Under the pieces are notes generated by a model. That model had not been told where the DNA came from and ran no database searches. It was given only the letters and a program-made list of their open reading frames with translations. From positions 137,146 to 201,145 of the forward strand of contig JBNJJI010000006.1 in NCBI GenBank assembly GCA_051750065.1: a DNA stretch of 64,000 nucleotides, written 5' to 3'. Each line of letters starts with the position of its first letter. Positions within the stretch are counted from its first letter, which is position 1. The DNA comes from Bacillota bacterium. Lineage in GTDB: Bacteria; Bacillota; Bacilli; Bacillales; Bacillaceae_B. Positions 26,534-37,104 of this stretch are shown here, in pieces. The position numbers and the translations under genes were made by a program.

Positions 26534-27794
26534 CTACTTTCTGGACGTTTTCCGCCTTCAGATATTCTGCCTTTAGGAGTGATTCAGCCCATTGACATGA
26601 TTGAACATAAAAATGGTTGTACTCACTTTGAGTTAATCTGATATTCATTCCAACGTTATCCGCCTTCTCCCAGTCTGCTGTTTCAATAGCCGTTACAAGC
26701 TCCAGGACCTTTTTCAAATTGTTTTTCTTCCCTTTTAAAGCATCGCATATATCATCTTGCAAAGGCATGTCTTTTAGCACTTTTTCTATTGGCTGTCCAA
26801 TGATGTCTTCCATTAATGAAAACATCCCTGTAAGAAAATAACTGGATGGAACAGGATCATCTAATACTTTAGTTGAAATCAGCTCGCACATTTTAGCACG
26901 TGTAAGGCAGAGCTTAATAACCTCCTCAGAAATCTGTCCTGTTGAACCAGTCATATCCCTGATAGCCAGCACGTAAATCCAACGCTGTATTTCAATCAAG
27001 CCCAGCAAAATGATTGCCTGCCTTATTGAACTGATCTTATGCTTGGGTCTGTATGCAGGTGAGTTGATAAGTTTCAACAGTTTGTAAGATAAAGAAATAT
27101 CCTGCTCAATGAGCTCTGCAATCCTGTCCATGCTCGGTTCGCTTAGTTCCAGACTTTGTATAATCTCATAGTACGAGTGAAAATAGACTGGTACGTCGTA
27201 GGTACTTAAAACAACAGGCTTACTGAAGAAAAAACCTTGAAAAAGAGCATAGCCGCGTTTTTTTGCTTCTTCAAAATCTTTTCTGGTTTCCACTTTCTCT
27301 GCCAATAGCTTTACATCTAAAAGCCTTGCGATCAATTCAATTTCTTCCCTGGTTTCCTCTGATGTTGACAACATGTCCACTTTTATATAATCAGCCAGCT
27401 TCATAAGTTCTTTACAGTATGGGTTGCTTTTATTGAACACAAAATCATCTAATGCTATCTTATAGCCAAGCTGCCTGAGTTCACGGCATATCTTAAGAAT
27501 TTCCGGTGAAGGCTGAACCGTTTCAAGTATTTCTACTACAATTTCCCGCGGCCTGAAGTAAGTCGGCACTTTCAGTTTCAACAGAGTTTCTGTAAAGTTA
27601 ATAAAACAAGGCTTGCCTCCGGAAAGCTGATCAATTCCAATATTCAAGAAGCTATTGATAATGACATCAGCTGTTGCCCGGTCACCGTTTATGTTAGGAA
27701 AGAAATTCTCCTGATTATTTCTATATAATAACTCATAGGCAATTGCTTCTTCATTGACATTGAAGATTGGCTGCCTTGCCACAAAAACTTCCAT
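26490..27794 (-). CDS. EAL-domain c-di-GMP phosphodiesterase fused to HDOD domain
   Basis: EAL motifs (YELLYR, ALDDFV, FQGFFFSKP) followed by an HDOD-like C-terminal half. Confidence 0.88.
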   Translation of the reverse strand: MEVFVARQPIFNVNEEAIAYELLYRNNQENFFPNINGDRATADVIINSFLNIGIDQLSGGKPCFINFTETLLKLKVPTYFRPREIVVEILETVQPSPEILKICRELRQLGYKIALDDFVFNKSNPYCKELMKLADYIKVDMLSTSEETREEIELIARLLDVKLLAEKVETRKDFEEAKKRGYALFQGFFFSKPVVLSTYDVPVYFHSYYEIIQSLELSEPSMDRIAELIEQDISLSYKLLKLINSPAYRPKHKISSIRQAIILLGLIEIQRWIYVLAIRDMTGSTGQISEEVIKLCLTRAKMCELISTKVLDDPVPSSYFLTGMFSLMEDIIGQPIEKVLKDMPLQDDICDALKGKKNNLKKVLELVTAIETADWEKADNVGMNIRLTQSEYNHFYVQSCQWAESLLKAEYLKAENVQKVVNSNHQVQENASGV

Positions 27795-27961
27795 TGCTGT
27801 TCACTCCTACATGCAGATACAAAAATTGATAATTCAATAATAACAACTCTTAATTTTAGAAGATTCACTCTACTAGAATACCAATAAAACACTATCTCGT
27901 CCATCTAATTCAAGAATCTTACATTATCGTTTGATCTTTCTAGCCGAAGGTTTCTTGACAA

Positions 27962-28003
27962 GAAAAAAAACAGCACCAAGAGCGTAAAGCCTTGGTGCTG
28001 TTT
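27962..28003 (-). terminator. Intrinsic terminator of the permease gene
   Basis: 11-bp stem acagcaccaag/cttggtgctgt with a T-run on the minus strand. Confidence 0.75.
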
Positions 28004-28007
28004 CATA

Positions 28008-29297
28008 CTAATGGATTGAATGGAAAAGAAAATTGACCAAAAACAATCCAGCTATTATATATAAAGGAAGCGAAACATCTCTTGCCTTTCCATTAGCAAT
28101 CTTCAAAATTGGATATAAAATAAATCCAATTGCAATTCCATCAGCTATGCTATAGGTAAATGGAATCATCGCAATAATAAAGATGGCTGGAAAAGCTTCA
28201 GTTAAGTCACTTAAATCCATGTGTCGGATATTCTGAATCATCAATCCGCCTATAATCATCAATATCGGAGCAATCGCATGGTCAGGAATCCATTTTAAGT
28301 ATGGAATAAACAGTACTGACGCGAGGAATAACACACCTGTTGTCAAGGATGTCAGTCCCGTCCTGCCGCCTGCCGCTATAGCTGCAGCACTCTCTACCGT
28401 GGAAACTGTCGGACTCGTTCCAAACACACCACAGGTCGCTGCCGAGAAGGCATTGGACTGAAAAGCTTTAGGATACTTTTCAGGGTTTCCTGCCATATCG
28501 GTATGACCATGTACCAAACCGATATTTTCAAAAACGAGTACCAAGGTGATAGAAAAAGCAGCAATCCAAAATGGAATCTCCAGGATTTTGACGAAAGACA
28601 TCTGGCCGAATACAGAACCATACTCTGATAAGCCCAGCCCCGATTGACCTCCTTGGGGTTCTATCCCGAATAGAAAGCCCAGTATGGTCCCAAAGGCAAT
28701 GCTCCAGAGAAAACCGCCTTTGACATTTTTGATGAAAAGAAATATTGCCACAAGGAATGTTAAGATGGCTGCAATCACTTTAATGTCACTAATATCTCCC
28801 AAACTGATCAAGGCACTGGAACCACGCTCCACTATACCGCCTTTTTCAAGTCCAATCAGGAGCAGGAACATTCCGAGCCCCACTGTAATTGCTTCTTTCA
28901 GCGACTTTGGAATCGCTTTTGATAAAATACTTGATAACTTCGTAAAGGCCACCAGCATGAATAACAGTCCTGAAACAAAGACAGCCGCCAAGGCTTCCTG
29001 CCACGTGAGCCCCATCGATCCCACCATTGTATAAGTGAACATCGCATTGATTCCCATTCCAGGAACCAGCAGAATCGGTGCGTTCGCCCAAAACGCCATT
29101 ACCAGGCATCCAAAGAAAGATGCCAATATCGTGGCCATAACCGCTCCTTCAAACGGCATCCCCGCCTCTGAAAGAATCATAGCGTTCACAGCAATAATAT
29201 AAACAATCGTAAAATAACCGATTGCTCCCGCCGTCACCTCTTTTTTAACTGTTGTTCCGTGCTCTTCTAAACGAAAAATTCCTCCTGTTGTTTTCAT
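28008..29297 (-). CDS. NCS2/AzgA-family purine (guanine/hypoxanthine/adenine) permease
   Basis: Polytopic PbuG/PbuO-like sequence. Start set at ATG 29297 (MKTTGG) behind GAGGA. The upstream 33 codons of the track ORF look non-coding. Confidence 0.9.
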   Translation of the reverse strand: MKTTGGIFRLEEHGTTVKKEVTAGAIGYFTIVYIIAVNAMILSEAGMPFEGAVMATILASFFGCLVMAFWANAPILLVPGMGINAMFTYTMVGSMGLTWQEALAAVFVSGLLFMLVAFTKLSSILSKAIPKSLKEAITVGLGMFLLLIGLEKGGIVERGSSALISLGDISDIKVIAAILTFLVAIFLFIKNVKGGFLWSIAFGTILGFLFGIEPQGGQSGLGLSEYGSVFGQMSFVKILEIPFWIAAFSITLVLVFENIGLVHGHTDMAGNPEKYPKAFQSNAFSAATCGVFGTSPTVSTVESAAAIAAGGRTGLTSLTTGVLFLASVLFIPYLKWIPDHAIAPILMIIGGLMIQNIRHMDLSDLTEAFPAIFIIAMIPFTYSIADGIAIGFILYPILKIANGKARDVSLPLYIIAGLFLVNFLFHSIH

Positions 29298-29417
29298 AAA
29301 TATCATGTCCTCACGACATAGCCCTCTCCCTACCCGCTTACCCCATAAAGGGAAGCCACAAGGAATAATTCTAGCAGATGTACGTACCTTTGCCAATATG
29401 TATTTTGTTTTTTAACA

Positions 29418-29560
29418 GGCTGTTTCTATATAAATTGCTGCTTTCGGCAAAATCCCAGTACGGTTTTTCTCCTAAATGAAATAGAAAATGGATTAGAGGG
29501 ATTGAAGTAATTATTACCACGCTGATAAAACTTTTCCACTAAAAAGGAGAAAAGCAGGTC
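29418..29560. mobile_element. MITE-family copy (long type, diverged right half)
   Basis: ggctgtttctatataaattgctgctttcggcaaaatccc... aligns with the left halves of the 18744-18934 (reverse complement) and 36936-37104 copies. Confidence 0.5.
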
Positions 29561-29681
29561 TTAAGTTGTATTAAGGGATAATTCATTCAAGACAAGAGAG
29601 CTTACAGACTTGGTTGTTTGCTTGATCATTTTACTGATCCATACAACTGGAACTGAGCCTGGCAGATTACATTTTTAGATC

Positions 29682-29712
29682 AAAAAACGAGCGGGTGAAT
29701 ATCCCGCTCGCT
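29682..29712 (-). terminator. Terminator of the rib operon
   Basis: Stem gagcggg/cccgctc with a T-run on the minus strand just after ribH. Confidence 0.7.
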
Positions 29713-29723
29713 TCAACTATCAT

Positions 29724-30194
29724 TTATTTATTTATTTGACGAATTAGGTTAGCCATTTCTATCGCACTTACAGCAGCTTCCCAGCCTTTGTTTCCAGCTT
29801 TGGTGCCGGCACGTTCGATTGCCTGCTCGATTGTGTCCGTAGTCAGGACACCGAAGATAACAGGAACCTCTTCTTGAAGTCCTACATTGGCAACACCTTT
29901 GGCGACTTCTCCGCTCACGTATTCAAAGTGAGCTGTTGCTCCTCTGATTACAGTGCCTAAAGTGATGACAGCATCATATTTTTTAGAAGCAGCCAATTTT
30001 TTAGCGATAACCGGAATTTCAAATGCACCCGGTACCCATGTTACTGTAATGTCAGCTTCGTCGATGCCGTGTCTCTTTAATGCATCTTCTGCTCCGCCCA
30101 GCAGCTTGCTTGTGATAAATTCATTAAAACGAGCCACTACGATTGCAACCTTTAATCCTGATGCTACTAAATTACCTTCATAAATTGTTTTCAT
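29724..30194 (-). CDS. ribH: 6,7-dimethyl-8-ribityllumazine synthase
   Basis: 156 aa, a clear RibH sequence ([12 protein letters not shown]...VPGAFEIP). Confidence 0.95.
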   Translation of the reverse strand: MKTIYEGNLVASGLKVAIVVARFNEFITSKLLGGAEDALKRHGIDEADITVTWVPGAFEIPVIAKKLAASKKYDAVITLGTVIRGATAHFEYVSGEVAKGVANVGLQEEVPVIFGVLTTDTIEQAIERAGTKAGNKGWEAAVSAIEMANLIRQINK

Positions 30195-30206
30195 TTTATA
30201 TTCCTC

Positions 30207-31400
30207 CTAGAATTGAAGTAAGTGTCCTAACTTACCTTGTTTAGTTTTTAAGTACTTCTCATTTTCTGATTTAGTCGGCATCTGGATGGCAACTCTTTCT
30301 TCTACTTCAAGGCCGTATCCTTTGATTCCTGTGATTTTCCGTGGATTATTTGTTAGCAGCTTCATCTTGGAAACTCCGAGATCTTTTAAAATTTGAGCTC
30401 CAATTCCATAGTCGCGTAAGTCAGCGGCAAATCCCAGTTTATGATTGGCTTCGACAGTGTCGAGGCCTTCTTCCTGAAGTTTGTAAGCTTTCATTTTATT
30501 AACCAGGCCGATTCCTCGCCCTTCCTGCCGCATATACAGCAATATTCCCCGGCCTGCTTTTTCAATTTGTGAAAGTGCTGCATGAAGCTGCGGACCGCAG
30601 TCACAGCGATTAGATCCGAATACATCACCAGTCAGGCACTCCGAGTGAACTCTTATTAGAACAGGTTCATCTGGAATTATTTCACCCTTTACAAGCGCTA
30701 TATGTTCCTGCCCTGTCAATTTTTCGGTATACGCTATAGCTTTGAAATTGCCAAATTCAGTGGGCAGTTCTATTTCTACTTCCTTTTCTACCAACTTCTC
30801 TTCTTTTCTTCTGTAAGCAATCAGATCTTGAATCGTGATCATTTTTAAGTTGAATTTTTCAGCAATTTTCTTTAACTCCGGAACTCTTGCCATTGTGCCA
30901 TCAGAATTCATGATTTCACAGATGACACCTGCTGGGGTTGAACCACTTAATGCAGCCAAATCTACAGCTGCTTCTGTATGGCCAGCCCTCTTCAGCACTC
31001 CGCCCGTTTTTGCTATCAAAGGAAATACATGCCCCGGCCGTTTTAAATCACTTGGCTTTGCTTCATCTTTAATCATTTCCAGAATGGTTGTGGATCGTTC
31101 AAAAGCACTGATACCCGTTGTCGTATTGATATGGTCGACACTGATTGTGAAGGCAGTGCCATACGGATCGGTATTTTGATCTGTCATCGGGTTCAATTGC
31201 AGCTGCGCAGCTTTTTCGGGGGTGATGGGGGTACAAATCAAGCCCCTTCCCTCTGCTGCCATGAAATTGATTACTTCAGGTGTCGCCTTCTCTGCAAGAG
31301 AAACAAAGTCACCTTCATTTTCCCGATCCTCATCATCTATTACAATTATCACTTTTCCAGCTTTTAAATCTTCCAAAGCTTCTTGAATTGTATTGAACAT
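30207..31400 (-). CDS. ribBA: Bifunctional 3,4-dihydroxy-2-butanone-4-phosphate synthase / GTP cyclohydrolase II
   Basis: DHBP synthase N-half ([10 protein letters not shown]) and GCH-II C-half (CxxGxxxxSxRCDC). Start at ATG 31400, 8 nt after GGAGG. Confidence 0.95.
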   Translation of the reverse strand: MFNTIQEALEDLKAGKVIIVIDDEDRENEGDFVSLAEKATPEVINFMAAEGRGLICTPITPEKAAQLQLNPMTDQNTDPYGTAFTISVDHINTTTGISAFERSTTILEMIKDEAKPSDLKRPGHVFPLIAKTGGVLKRAGHTEAAVDLAALSGSTPAGVICEIMNSDGTMARVPELKKIAEKFNLKMITIQDLIAYRRKEEKLVEKEVEIELPTEFGNFKAIAYTEKLTGQEHIALVKGEIIPDEPVLIRVHSECLTGDVFGSNRCDCGPQLHAALSQIEKAGRGILLYMRQEGRGIGLVNKMKAYKLQEEGLDTVEANHKLGFAADLRDYGIGAQILKDLGVSKMKLLTNNPRKITGIKGYGLEVEERVAIQMPTKSENEKYLKTKQGKLGHLLQF

Positions 31401-31427
31401 TCTCACTACCTCCTTCTGAATGGTTTA

Positions 31428-32084
31428 TTATCCCATGAATCCATGTTGTGTGAGGAAATCTGTTCCTATATCCTTTTTCCCCGGATGTTCGCTTCTGCCG
31501 CCACTCAAAAATTTATAAATATATTTTGCCATCATATCGCATTCCAGATTCACAATATCACCAGCCCTTTTACTGCCGAGTATTGTATCATGCCTTGTTT
31601 GCGGAATCAGCGAAACTGTAATTGTGTTGTTTCCCAGTTCAAACACAGTAAGAGACGTACCATCCAGGCAGACCGATCCTCTGTCAATGAAATAACGTGT
31701 TAATTCTTCCGGGATTTCTATTGTGATGTAGAGTGCATTTTCAATAAACTGAGTGGACACAATGGTACCGATTCCATCTACATGTCCTGTCACAAAATGC
31801 CCGCCAAAACGCCCGTTTGATGCCATGGCTCTTTCCAGATTCACATGGGCACCTGCGTTCAGAAGCTTCAATGAAGTATTGTCAAATGTCTCCGGCATCA
31901 CATCCACAGTGAATGAGCGGCCGCTGAAAGAAGTCACCGTCAAACATGTACCATTGACAGAAATGCTGTCACCAAGCTTCACATCTTCCAGCACTTTTTT
32001 GGCTGAAATTGAAAGCACCATGGAAGCAGATGATTTGCTTATTTTTTCTATCATACCAATCTCTTCAATTATTCCGGTAAACAT
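31428..32084 (-). CDS. ribE: Riboflavin synthase alpha chain
   Basis: MFTGIIEEIG start and duplicated lumazine-binding repeats. Confidence 0.95.
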   Translation of the reverse strand: MFTGIIEEIGMIEKISKSSASMVLSISAKKVLEDVKLGDSISVNGTCLTVTSFSGRSFTVDVMPETFDNTSLKLLNAGAHVNLERAMASNGRFGGHFVTGHVDGIGTIVSTQFIENALYITIEIPEELTRYFIDRGSVCLDGTSLTVFELGNNTITVSLIPQTRHDTILGSKRAGDIVNLECDMMAKYIYKFLSGGRSEHPGKKDIGTDFLTQHGFMG

Positions 32085-32089
32085 TCAGC

Positions 32090-33181
32090 TCAATCCTTCC
32101 TCAATGGCTTTGCGATAATCTTAAGGTCTACTCCGATACTTTCTACTGAGGAAAATTCTAATTGTTCCCCATCAGAAATGAGCGCAAAGCCATCTCCGCC
32201 AAAGCTGGAAAAGGCTTTGGAACCTCCAACCAGTTTGGGCGCAATATAAATAACCACTTCTTGGAAAGCCCTCTCTTTTAAAAATGAAAAGTGGACTGAA
32301 GAGCCTCCCTCAACAAATAGTGAGGTAATATTCAGTTCACCCAGCCTTTTTAAAACTTGGCTAATGGCCATGTCGGGAGAATTCAATTGCTCAAGAAGTA
32401 CTCCCTTTTCCTTAAGGATTCTTTTCTTTTCAGCGGAGGCCTTACTTCCACAGAAAATAACCGTTTTCGCTTCTTTAACTTCCAATATTTTACTTTCTAT
32501 AGGAATTCTTAAATTCGTATCCAATACTACTCGAATGGGATTTTTTCCACCGCGGGGCAATCGTGTGGTGAGAAAGGGGTTGTCTTTAATGACAGTGTTT
32601 ACTCCAACTAAAATGGCATCATGGGTATGCCGGTATTTATGTACATCCAGCCTGGATTCTTCAGATGTAATCCATTTGCTGTCTCCTGTAAAAGAGGCTG
32701 TTTTCCCGTCAAGTGTCACGGCTGATTTCAGCGTAACATATGGGGTTTTGGTCTGGATATAATGAAAGAAATGTTCATTCATCTTCAGTGCCTCTGTTTC
32801 ACAAACACCTGTAGTTACTTCTATTCCGGCATTTTCAAGGATTGAAATTCCTTTACCAGCGACTAATGGATTGGGGTCCACGCTTGCTATAAAAACTCTT
32901 CTTAATTTATTTTCAACTATAAGATTCGCACAGGGAGGCGTTTTCCCTGTATGCGCACAAGGTTCTAATGTTACGTAAATGTCAGCTCCCTCTGCCTTTG
33001 GGCCCGCCTGACGAATGGCATGAACCTCTGCGTGGGGTTCTCCGGCTTTCAAATGAGCGCCCATCCCGAGGATTTCACCATCTTTTACTACTACTGCACC
33101 GACTGCCGGGTTAGGAGAAGTCTGCCCCTTACCTGCTTTAGCCAGCGACAATGCTAATTCCATATATTCTCTTTCTTGCAA
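32090..33181 (-). CDS. ribD: Bifunctional riboflavin biosynthesis deaminase/reductase
   Basis: Deaminase motifs HAEVHA and PCAHTGKTPPC plus a C-terminal reductase domain. TTG start 9 nt after GGAGG. Confidence 0.95.
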   Translation of the reverse strand: MQEREYMELALSLAKAGKGQTSPNPAVGAVVVKDGEILGMGAHLKAGEPHAEVHAIRQAGPKAEGADIYVTLEPCAHTGKTPPCANLIVENKLRRVFIASVDPNPLVAGKGISILENAGIEVTTGVCETEALKMNEHFFHYIQTKTPYVTLKSAVTLDGKTASFTGDSKWITSEESRLDVHKYRHTHDAILVGVNTVIKDNPFLTTRLPRGGKNPIRVVLDTNLRIPIESKILEVKEAKTVIFCGSKASAEKKRILKEKGVLLEQLNSPDMAISQVLKRLGELNITSLFVEGGSSVHFSFLKERAFQEVVIYIAPKLVGGSKAFSSFGGDGFALISDGEQLEFSSVESIGVDLKIIAKPLRKD

Positions 33182-33233
33182 GGACTGGTTCCTCCTTCAT
33201 GATGCAATAAATATCCCCAAATATATTGCAGAG

Positions 33234-33466
33234 AAATAAAAAACCCTGAGTGGTTGGAGCACTCAGGGAGATAGTCATTACTAAATAAGCGTATAAAAAT
33301 TTCTTTTTTTACGCGCTTTTTCCTTCTCCCATCCAGACTTTAACTGTCGGCCTTGGAGTTTCACCAAATCCACCGCCATTTGTTAAAATGACGGGTCACG
33401 GACTAAGAACAATTCATGTTCATCACCGCCGGTAGGGAATTTCACCCTGCCCCGAAGGAAATACTA
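33234..33466 (-). promoter_or_regulatory. FMN riboswitch (RFN element) with terminator
   Basis: Minus strand reads ttcggggcagggtgaaattccctaccggcggt...ccgacagttaaagtctggatgggagaagga. The terminator ccctgagtg/cactcaggg plus U-run lies at 33234-33268. Confidence 0.92.
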
Positions 33467-33625
33467 TTCGATTGAGTTTACTATACCATAATAATATAGA
33501 AGTTGCATTAAAGAATGCTTGAATGTTCTCACAATGAGTATCATTAGTAACCCTCTCCATACGTTTGTCCGCCTTCATCGCAGAGAGAGTTTTCAGTTCT
33601 GTGATGTTTCGTATTATAAATAGGG

Positions 33626-34288
33626 CTAAATCAAGTAATATTCCTCCAAGAACATCATTACAAATAAGATGCCCAATATTCTATGGACATCATCCACTTT
33701 TTCAAAACAAAGAATAACGCTTGAGGGATCAAATAATTGCTGTATCTGAGCCGGCATCACACCGTGTATTATCGAGCATACCTTCTTTTCATTAACGGCC
33801 AGGTCCCAGCCTTCTCCTCTTTTAATGAAGGAGACATTATTTCCATCAATATCCTTCCATCTTCCACCAGTTTTTATGAACTGCCTATTATCGCCTTGGC
33901 AACTGAATTCCATCTTCCCGCCGCTTTTTTTAAGGAGGGCCATTGTATCACCCATCTCCAGCATCCACCTGCCATTTTGGAATGAACTACTGGCTTTCAT
34001 AACTCCATCAAAGCCAAAGAAACCAAAAGACCTGTTCTTTCTAGTAACAACCAGGAAGCCGTTTCTGTCATAGAGAGGAGCCCGCAATGCGGTCCTCGAT
34101 CGCCTAACTTCCCCGTCGTATATGAAATACATAAAAACGCAGGAGATCCCGAGCAAAATCAAGATTAGATAGAAGACAATGTGGAAACCTCGTAAGGAAA
34201 CACTGAGCAGCACAGCAAGAAGCAGCATTGCTATTGCTCTATTAAAATAATGATGGCTTATCTTTTTATAGAAAAGGGTTATATTCAT
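33626..34288 (-). CDS. Membrane-anchored protein, unknown function
   Basis: 220 aa with two N-terminal TM helices and a soluble C-terminal domain. No family recognised. Confidence 0.65.
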   Translation of the reverse strand: MNITLFYKKISHHYFNRAIAMLLLAVLLSVSLRGFHIVFYLILILLGISCVFMYFIYDGEVRRSRTALRAPLYDRNGFLVVTRKNRSFGFFGFDGVMKASSSFQNGRWMLEMGDTMALLKKSGGKMEFSCQGDNRQFIKTGGRWKDIDGNNVSFIKRGEGWDLAVNEKKVCSIIHGVMPAQIQQLFDPSSVILCFEKVDDVHRILGILFVMMFLEEYYLI

Positions 34289-34520
34289 TCAGAAGTCACT
34301 CCTTAAGAGAGTTCTTTTCATAGTATGAAATAGCTAGAGAAAAAAGAACTCCTGAAAAAGGATGCTTCTTAAATAGAAGGATGTGGTAAAATATTCTAAA
34401 AACAGGTTGATTTATAGGAACACGCCTCGATGACAGGTGGCAGTCGATGAAAGATTAGAGAACCGTGAGATATTGCTATCTGGGAACATAACAGCCTTGC
34501 AATCTATGAGAATATCCAAA

Positions 34521-34723
34521 GGTTGTTTTCGCCAAGATTGTGGCTATTTAAAAGAAATGGATCTCCGCTCCAGGCGCGCGACTCCGCGGGGCGGGCGTTG
34601 AGCCTCCTCGGCACGCCTGCGGGGTCTCACCTGTCCCGCTACTCCCGCAGGAGGTCGCACGCCTTCCGCTCCATTCCGTTTATGTAAAAGGGAGAGAAGG
34701 ATAAAATAGCATTAAAAAACGGG
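34521..34723. mobile_element. MITE (short type) carrying the full GC-rich hairpin core
   Basis: Left TIR ggttgttttcgccaagattg, full core at 34559-34676, and a shortened right end (...aaaatagcattaaaaaacggg). Confidence 0.7.
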
Positions 34724-34910
34724 TGATCACTTGAAAAGTTACGATCCAAGGTCTTGGCATAATAAGTAAGTTCAGTATCTACGAAAGAGAAATAGAGCCT
34801 CCCCAAGGAAGCTCTATTTTCTGCTCATGAATTATATAAAAATCAAAAAAGTCTTTCTGCAGACTGTCTAATTTTAATGACCCTCTACTAGGCTGAAAAA
34901 ATTAATCAAT

Positions 34911-35792
34911 CTAGCTCGTTGTCACCAGTTGGGACTGTACTGCCTTCCACGCCATCAGCTCTTCATACCTTTGCTCGGCATCTCTATATCCTTGGTTGTA
35001 TAATTCCTCAAGTTTAATTGGATTACGTTCGATTCTCCCGACTTTCAGCGGCAATTCAGGACGGATAATAAACACTCTGCCCCTCTCTTCCTCCTTTTCC
35101 AGGTATTCAACGGTATCATTATATACTTTATACCGGTTCATCATTGCTTCTCTTAGTCCTGGATATTGAGGGTATTTTCGTTTAATCAGGTAATTAAACT
35201 TGGATGGGTTTTTAAAATACCCTTTGTTCCTTGTCAGAATGACGACATTCTTTTTATAACCGTCTGCTTCTGCTTTTCGAACAGGTATCGGGTCGCTGAT
35301 CCCTCCATCAAGCAAGTGGCGTGATTGAAACTCAACTACCGGGGCAACAAATGGCAGCGAGCTCGATGCACGTATTGGAGTCAATACATCTTCACCATAA
35401 TCCTTTCTATAATGGTAGACTGATTCACCCGTATGGCAGTCGGTTGTTCCGATTACAAATTGGGATTGACTGTTTTGAAAAGCTTCATAGTCATACGGGA
35501 CTATTTTATTGGGAATTTCATTAAAAACGAAATCCATTCCAAACAGTTCCCTTTTTTTAAAATAGTTTCTCCAGGACAGATAATTGGGATCTCCTGCAAA
35601 CCCGATGTTCACTTTTTTGTTTCTTCCTTTTTGTTTTGACAGGTAGGAGGCTGCAATACAAGCTCCAGCTGAAACCCCTATAACATAAGGAAATTCGACT
35701 TCATTTTCCAAGAGGTATTCCAGAACACCTGCAGTATACACTCCTCTCATCCCCCCGCCTTCTAAAACTAGTCCGGTCTGATTGAAAAGCAT
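34911..35792 (-). CDS. Patatin-like phospholipase
   Basis: GGGMRG oxyanion motif, GVSAG nucleophile elbow, DGG catalytic Asp. Confidence 0.9.
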   Translation of the reverse strand: MLFNQTGLVLEGGGMRGVYTAGVLEYLLENEVEFPYVIGVSAGACIAASYLSKQKGRNKKVNIGFAGDPNYLSWRNYFKKRELFGMDFVFNEIPNKIVPYDYEAFQNSQSQFVIGTTDCHTGESVYHYRKDYGEDVLTPIRASSSLPFVAPVVEFQSRHLLDGGISDPIPVRKAEADGYKKNVVILTRNKGYFKNPSKFNYLIKRKYPQYPGLREAMMNRYKVYNDTVEYLEKEEERGRVFIIRPELPLKVGRIERNPIKLEELYNQGYRDAEQRYEELMAWKAVQSQLVTTS

Positions 35793-35896
35793 TAAACTGT
35801 CACCTCGATTTTTTACAAATTATGTAATAAACATTTCGCTTTATCTCTTATTAATTGTCTCATAATAATATTAGGAAGTGTATTAATCGGCTTATT

Positions 35897-36739
35897 CTAA
35901 AATTGGTCGAAAGGGATAAGGGTTGCCCTGCATTCCTTCTCATAATATTCAATAGGTCCAGCTTCTCCTAAAACGATATAGGCATAGCCCTTTTCCTTCA
36001 TATCTTGCAGTGCTTCATGTAAGAGCTGGCTGCCCACTTTGTTGTTTCTTTCTGTTTTTAATACTCCCATTGGTCCATAGATTCCTTTCTGGCCGCGAAA
36101 CACATCATATGAAGAAAATCCAATGAGCTTTGTATCTTCCCATGCCAGAAATATAGGAATCTCTTTTTGCAGAAACCCATTGTGAACCGTCTCTGTCCAC
36201 GACCCTCCAAAGTTCTCTTCTACAAACCTCAAGACAGTTGCTTCATGCTCCTTGTTTGCTCTTTCAATCAATGCTTGCTGACATGCCGATTCTTTTTTGG
36301 AATAGGTGTTCATGGAAACGAGAAGGTCGCGGGCTGTGGTTACTGCCGCTTTTATTTTTTCATGTGGAAGGTTTTTCAGGAATTGCCGCTCCTCCTCGGA
36401 CCAGGATTGATAGAATGCTTTAATGATATGTCCCTCGTTCAAATAAAGTTGATTGTAATTCTGCATGATATCAAGGGCTCTGTTCCATATCTGCTCAGTT
36501 CTTCTGGAAACACTTTTGGAAAAGTCTTTGTGAGAAACACTCACCTCTTCTTTTGCCCTTTTTAAAACAAGAAGGTCATGGATTTCCTCTTCCATCAGCA
36601 GGTACATTTCCAGCAGTGTACCCGTTTTCACAAGAGCAGCTCCAAGAAACAGGTCCATTGGTTCTATCGGTCCCTCGCTGATTTCTTCAGCATTGCTTAT
36701 TAACCTTTTCACCTTATTTGTAAGAAAATACGTTTCCAT
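35897..36739 (-). CDS. GNAT-family acetyltransferase with N-terminal Clp-N-like helical domain
   Basis: 280 aa with a C-terminal GNAT core and an N-terminal repeat resembling Clp R domains. Confidence 0.75.
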   Translation of the reverse strand: METYFLTNKVKRLISNAEEISEGPIEPMDLFLGAALVKTGTLLEMYLLMEEEIHDLLVLKRAKEEVSVSHKDFSKSVSRRTEQIWNRALDIMQNYNQLYLNEGHIIKAFYQSWSEEERQFLKNLPHEKIKAAVTTARDLLVSMNTYSKKESACQQALIERANKEHEATVLRFVEENFGGSWTETVHNGFLQKEIPIFLAWEDTKLIGFSSYDVFRGQKGIYGPMGVLKTERNNKVGSQLLHEALQDMKEKGYAYIVLGEAGPIEYYEKECRATLIPFDQF

Positions 36740-36854
36740 TTCCTTCTCCCCCTATAAACAAAAGACCGATTCTCTAACAGAACCGGCCTTGGTTTCTTTA
36801 CTATATTCTACATAAGTTTAATTTTTCCTAGGAGAATTCTCTTTTTTTGAAAAG

Positions 36855-36927
36855 TTGTTTTCGCATAGGTTGTTTCGATCAAAAAATGGAGTGCCGCTCC
36901 AGCCCTGCAACTCCTTAGGGGCTGTGT
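36855..36927. mobile_element. Truncated short-type MITE
   Basis: agttgttttcgcataggttg...ggagtgccgctccagccctgcaactcc. Its right part is interrupted at 36928 by the insertion site of the next element. Confidence 0.55.
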
Positions 36928-36935
36928 TTAACTAA

Positions 36936-37104
36936 TGCTGTTTTCGCATATATTGTTGCTTCCGGATATCCCCGGATACTAAGGGTTATCTCTCAAATCT
37001 GGGAGAGCCTCTCTTTTCTTTTCATGTTTACCAGGTTATTCCCGAAATTTTGTTTGTTCTTTCTGGAATTGGCGTCAAATAGCAGCATTGTTTACGAAAA
37101 GTGC
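36936..37104. mobile_element. 169-bp MITE (long type)
   Basis: Ends are tgctgttttcgcatat... and ...gtttacgaaaagtgc. Perfect 8-bp duplication TTAACTAA at 36928-36935 and 37105-37112. Confidence 0.88.

Noticed and set aside
29298-29396. N-terminal 33-codon extension of the purine permease ORF, and a possible purine riboswitch upstream
   Set aside because: The extension has no RBS and an odd composition, whereas ATG 29297 follows GAGGA. I could not find the purine-riboswitch core (conserved junction and loop-loop motifs) in 29298-29420.
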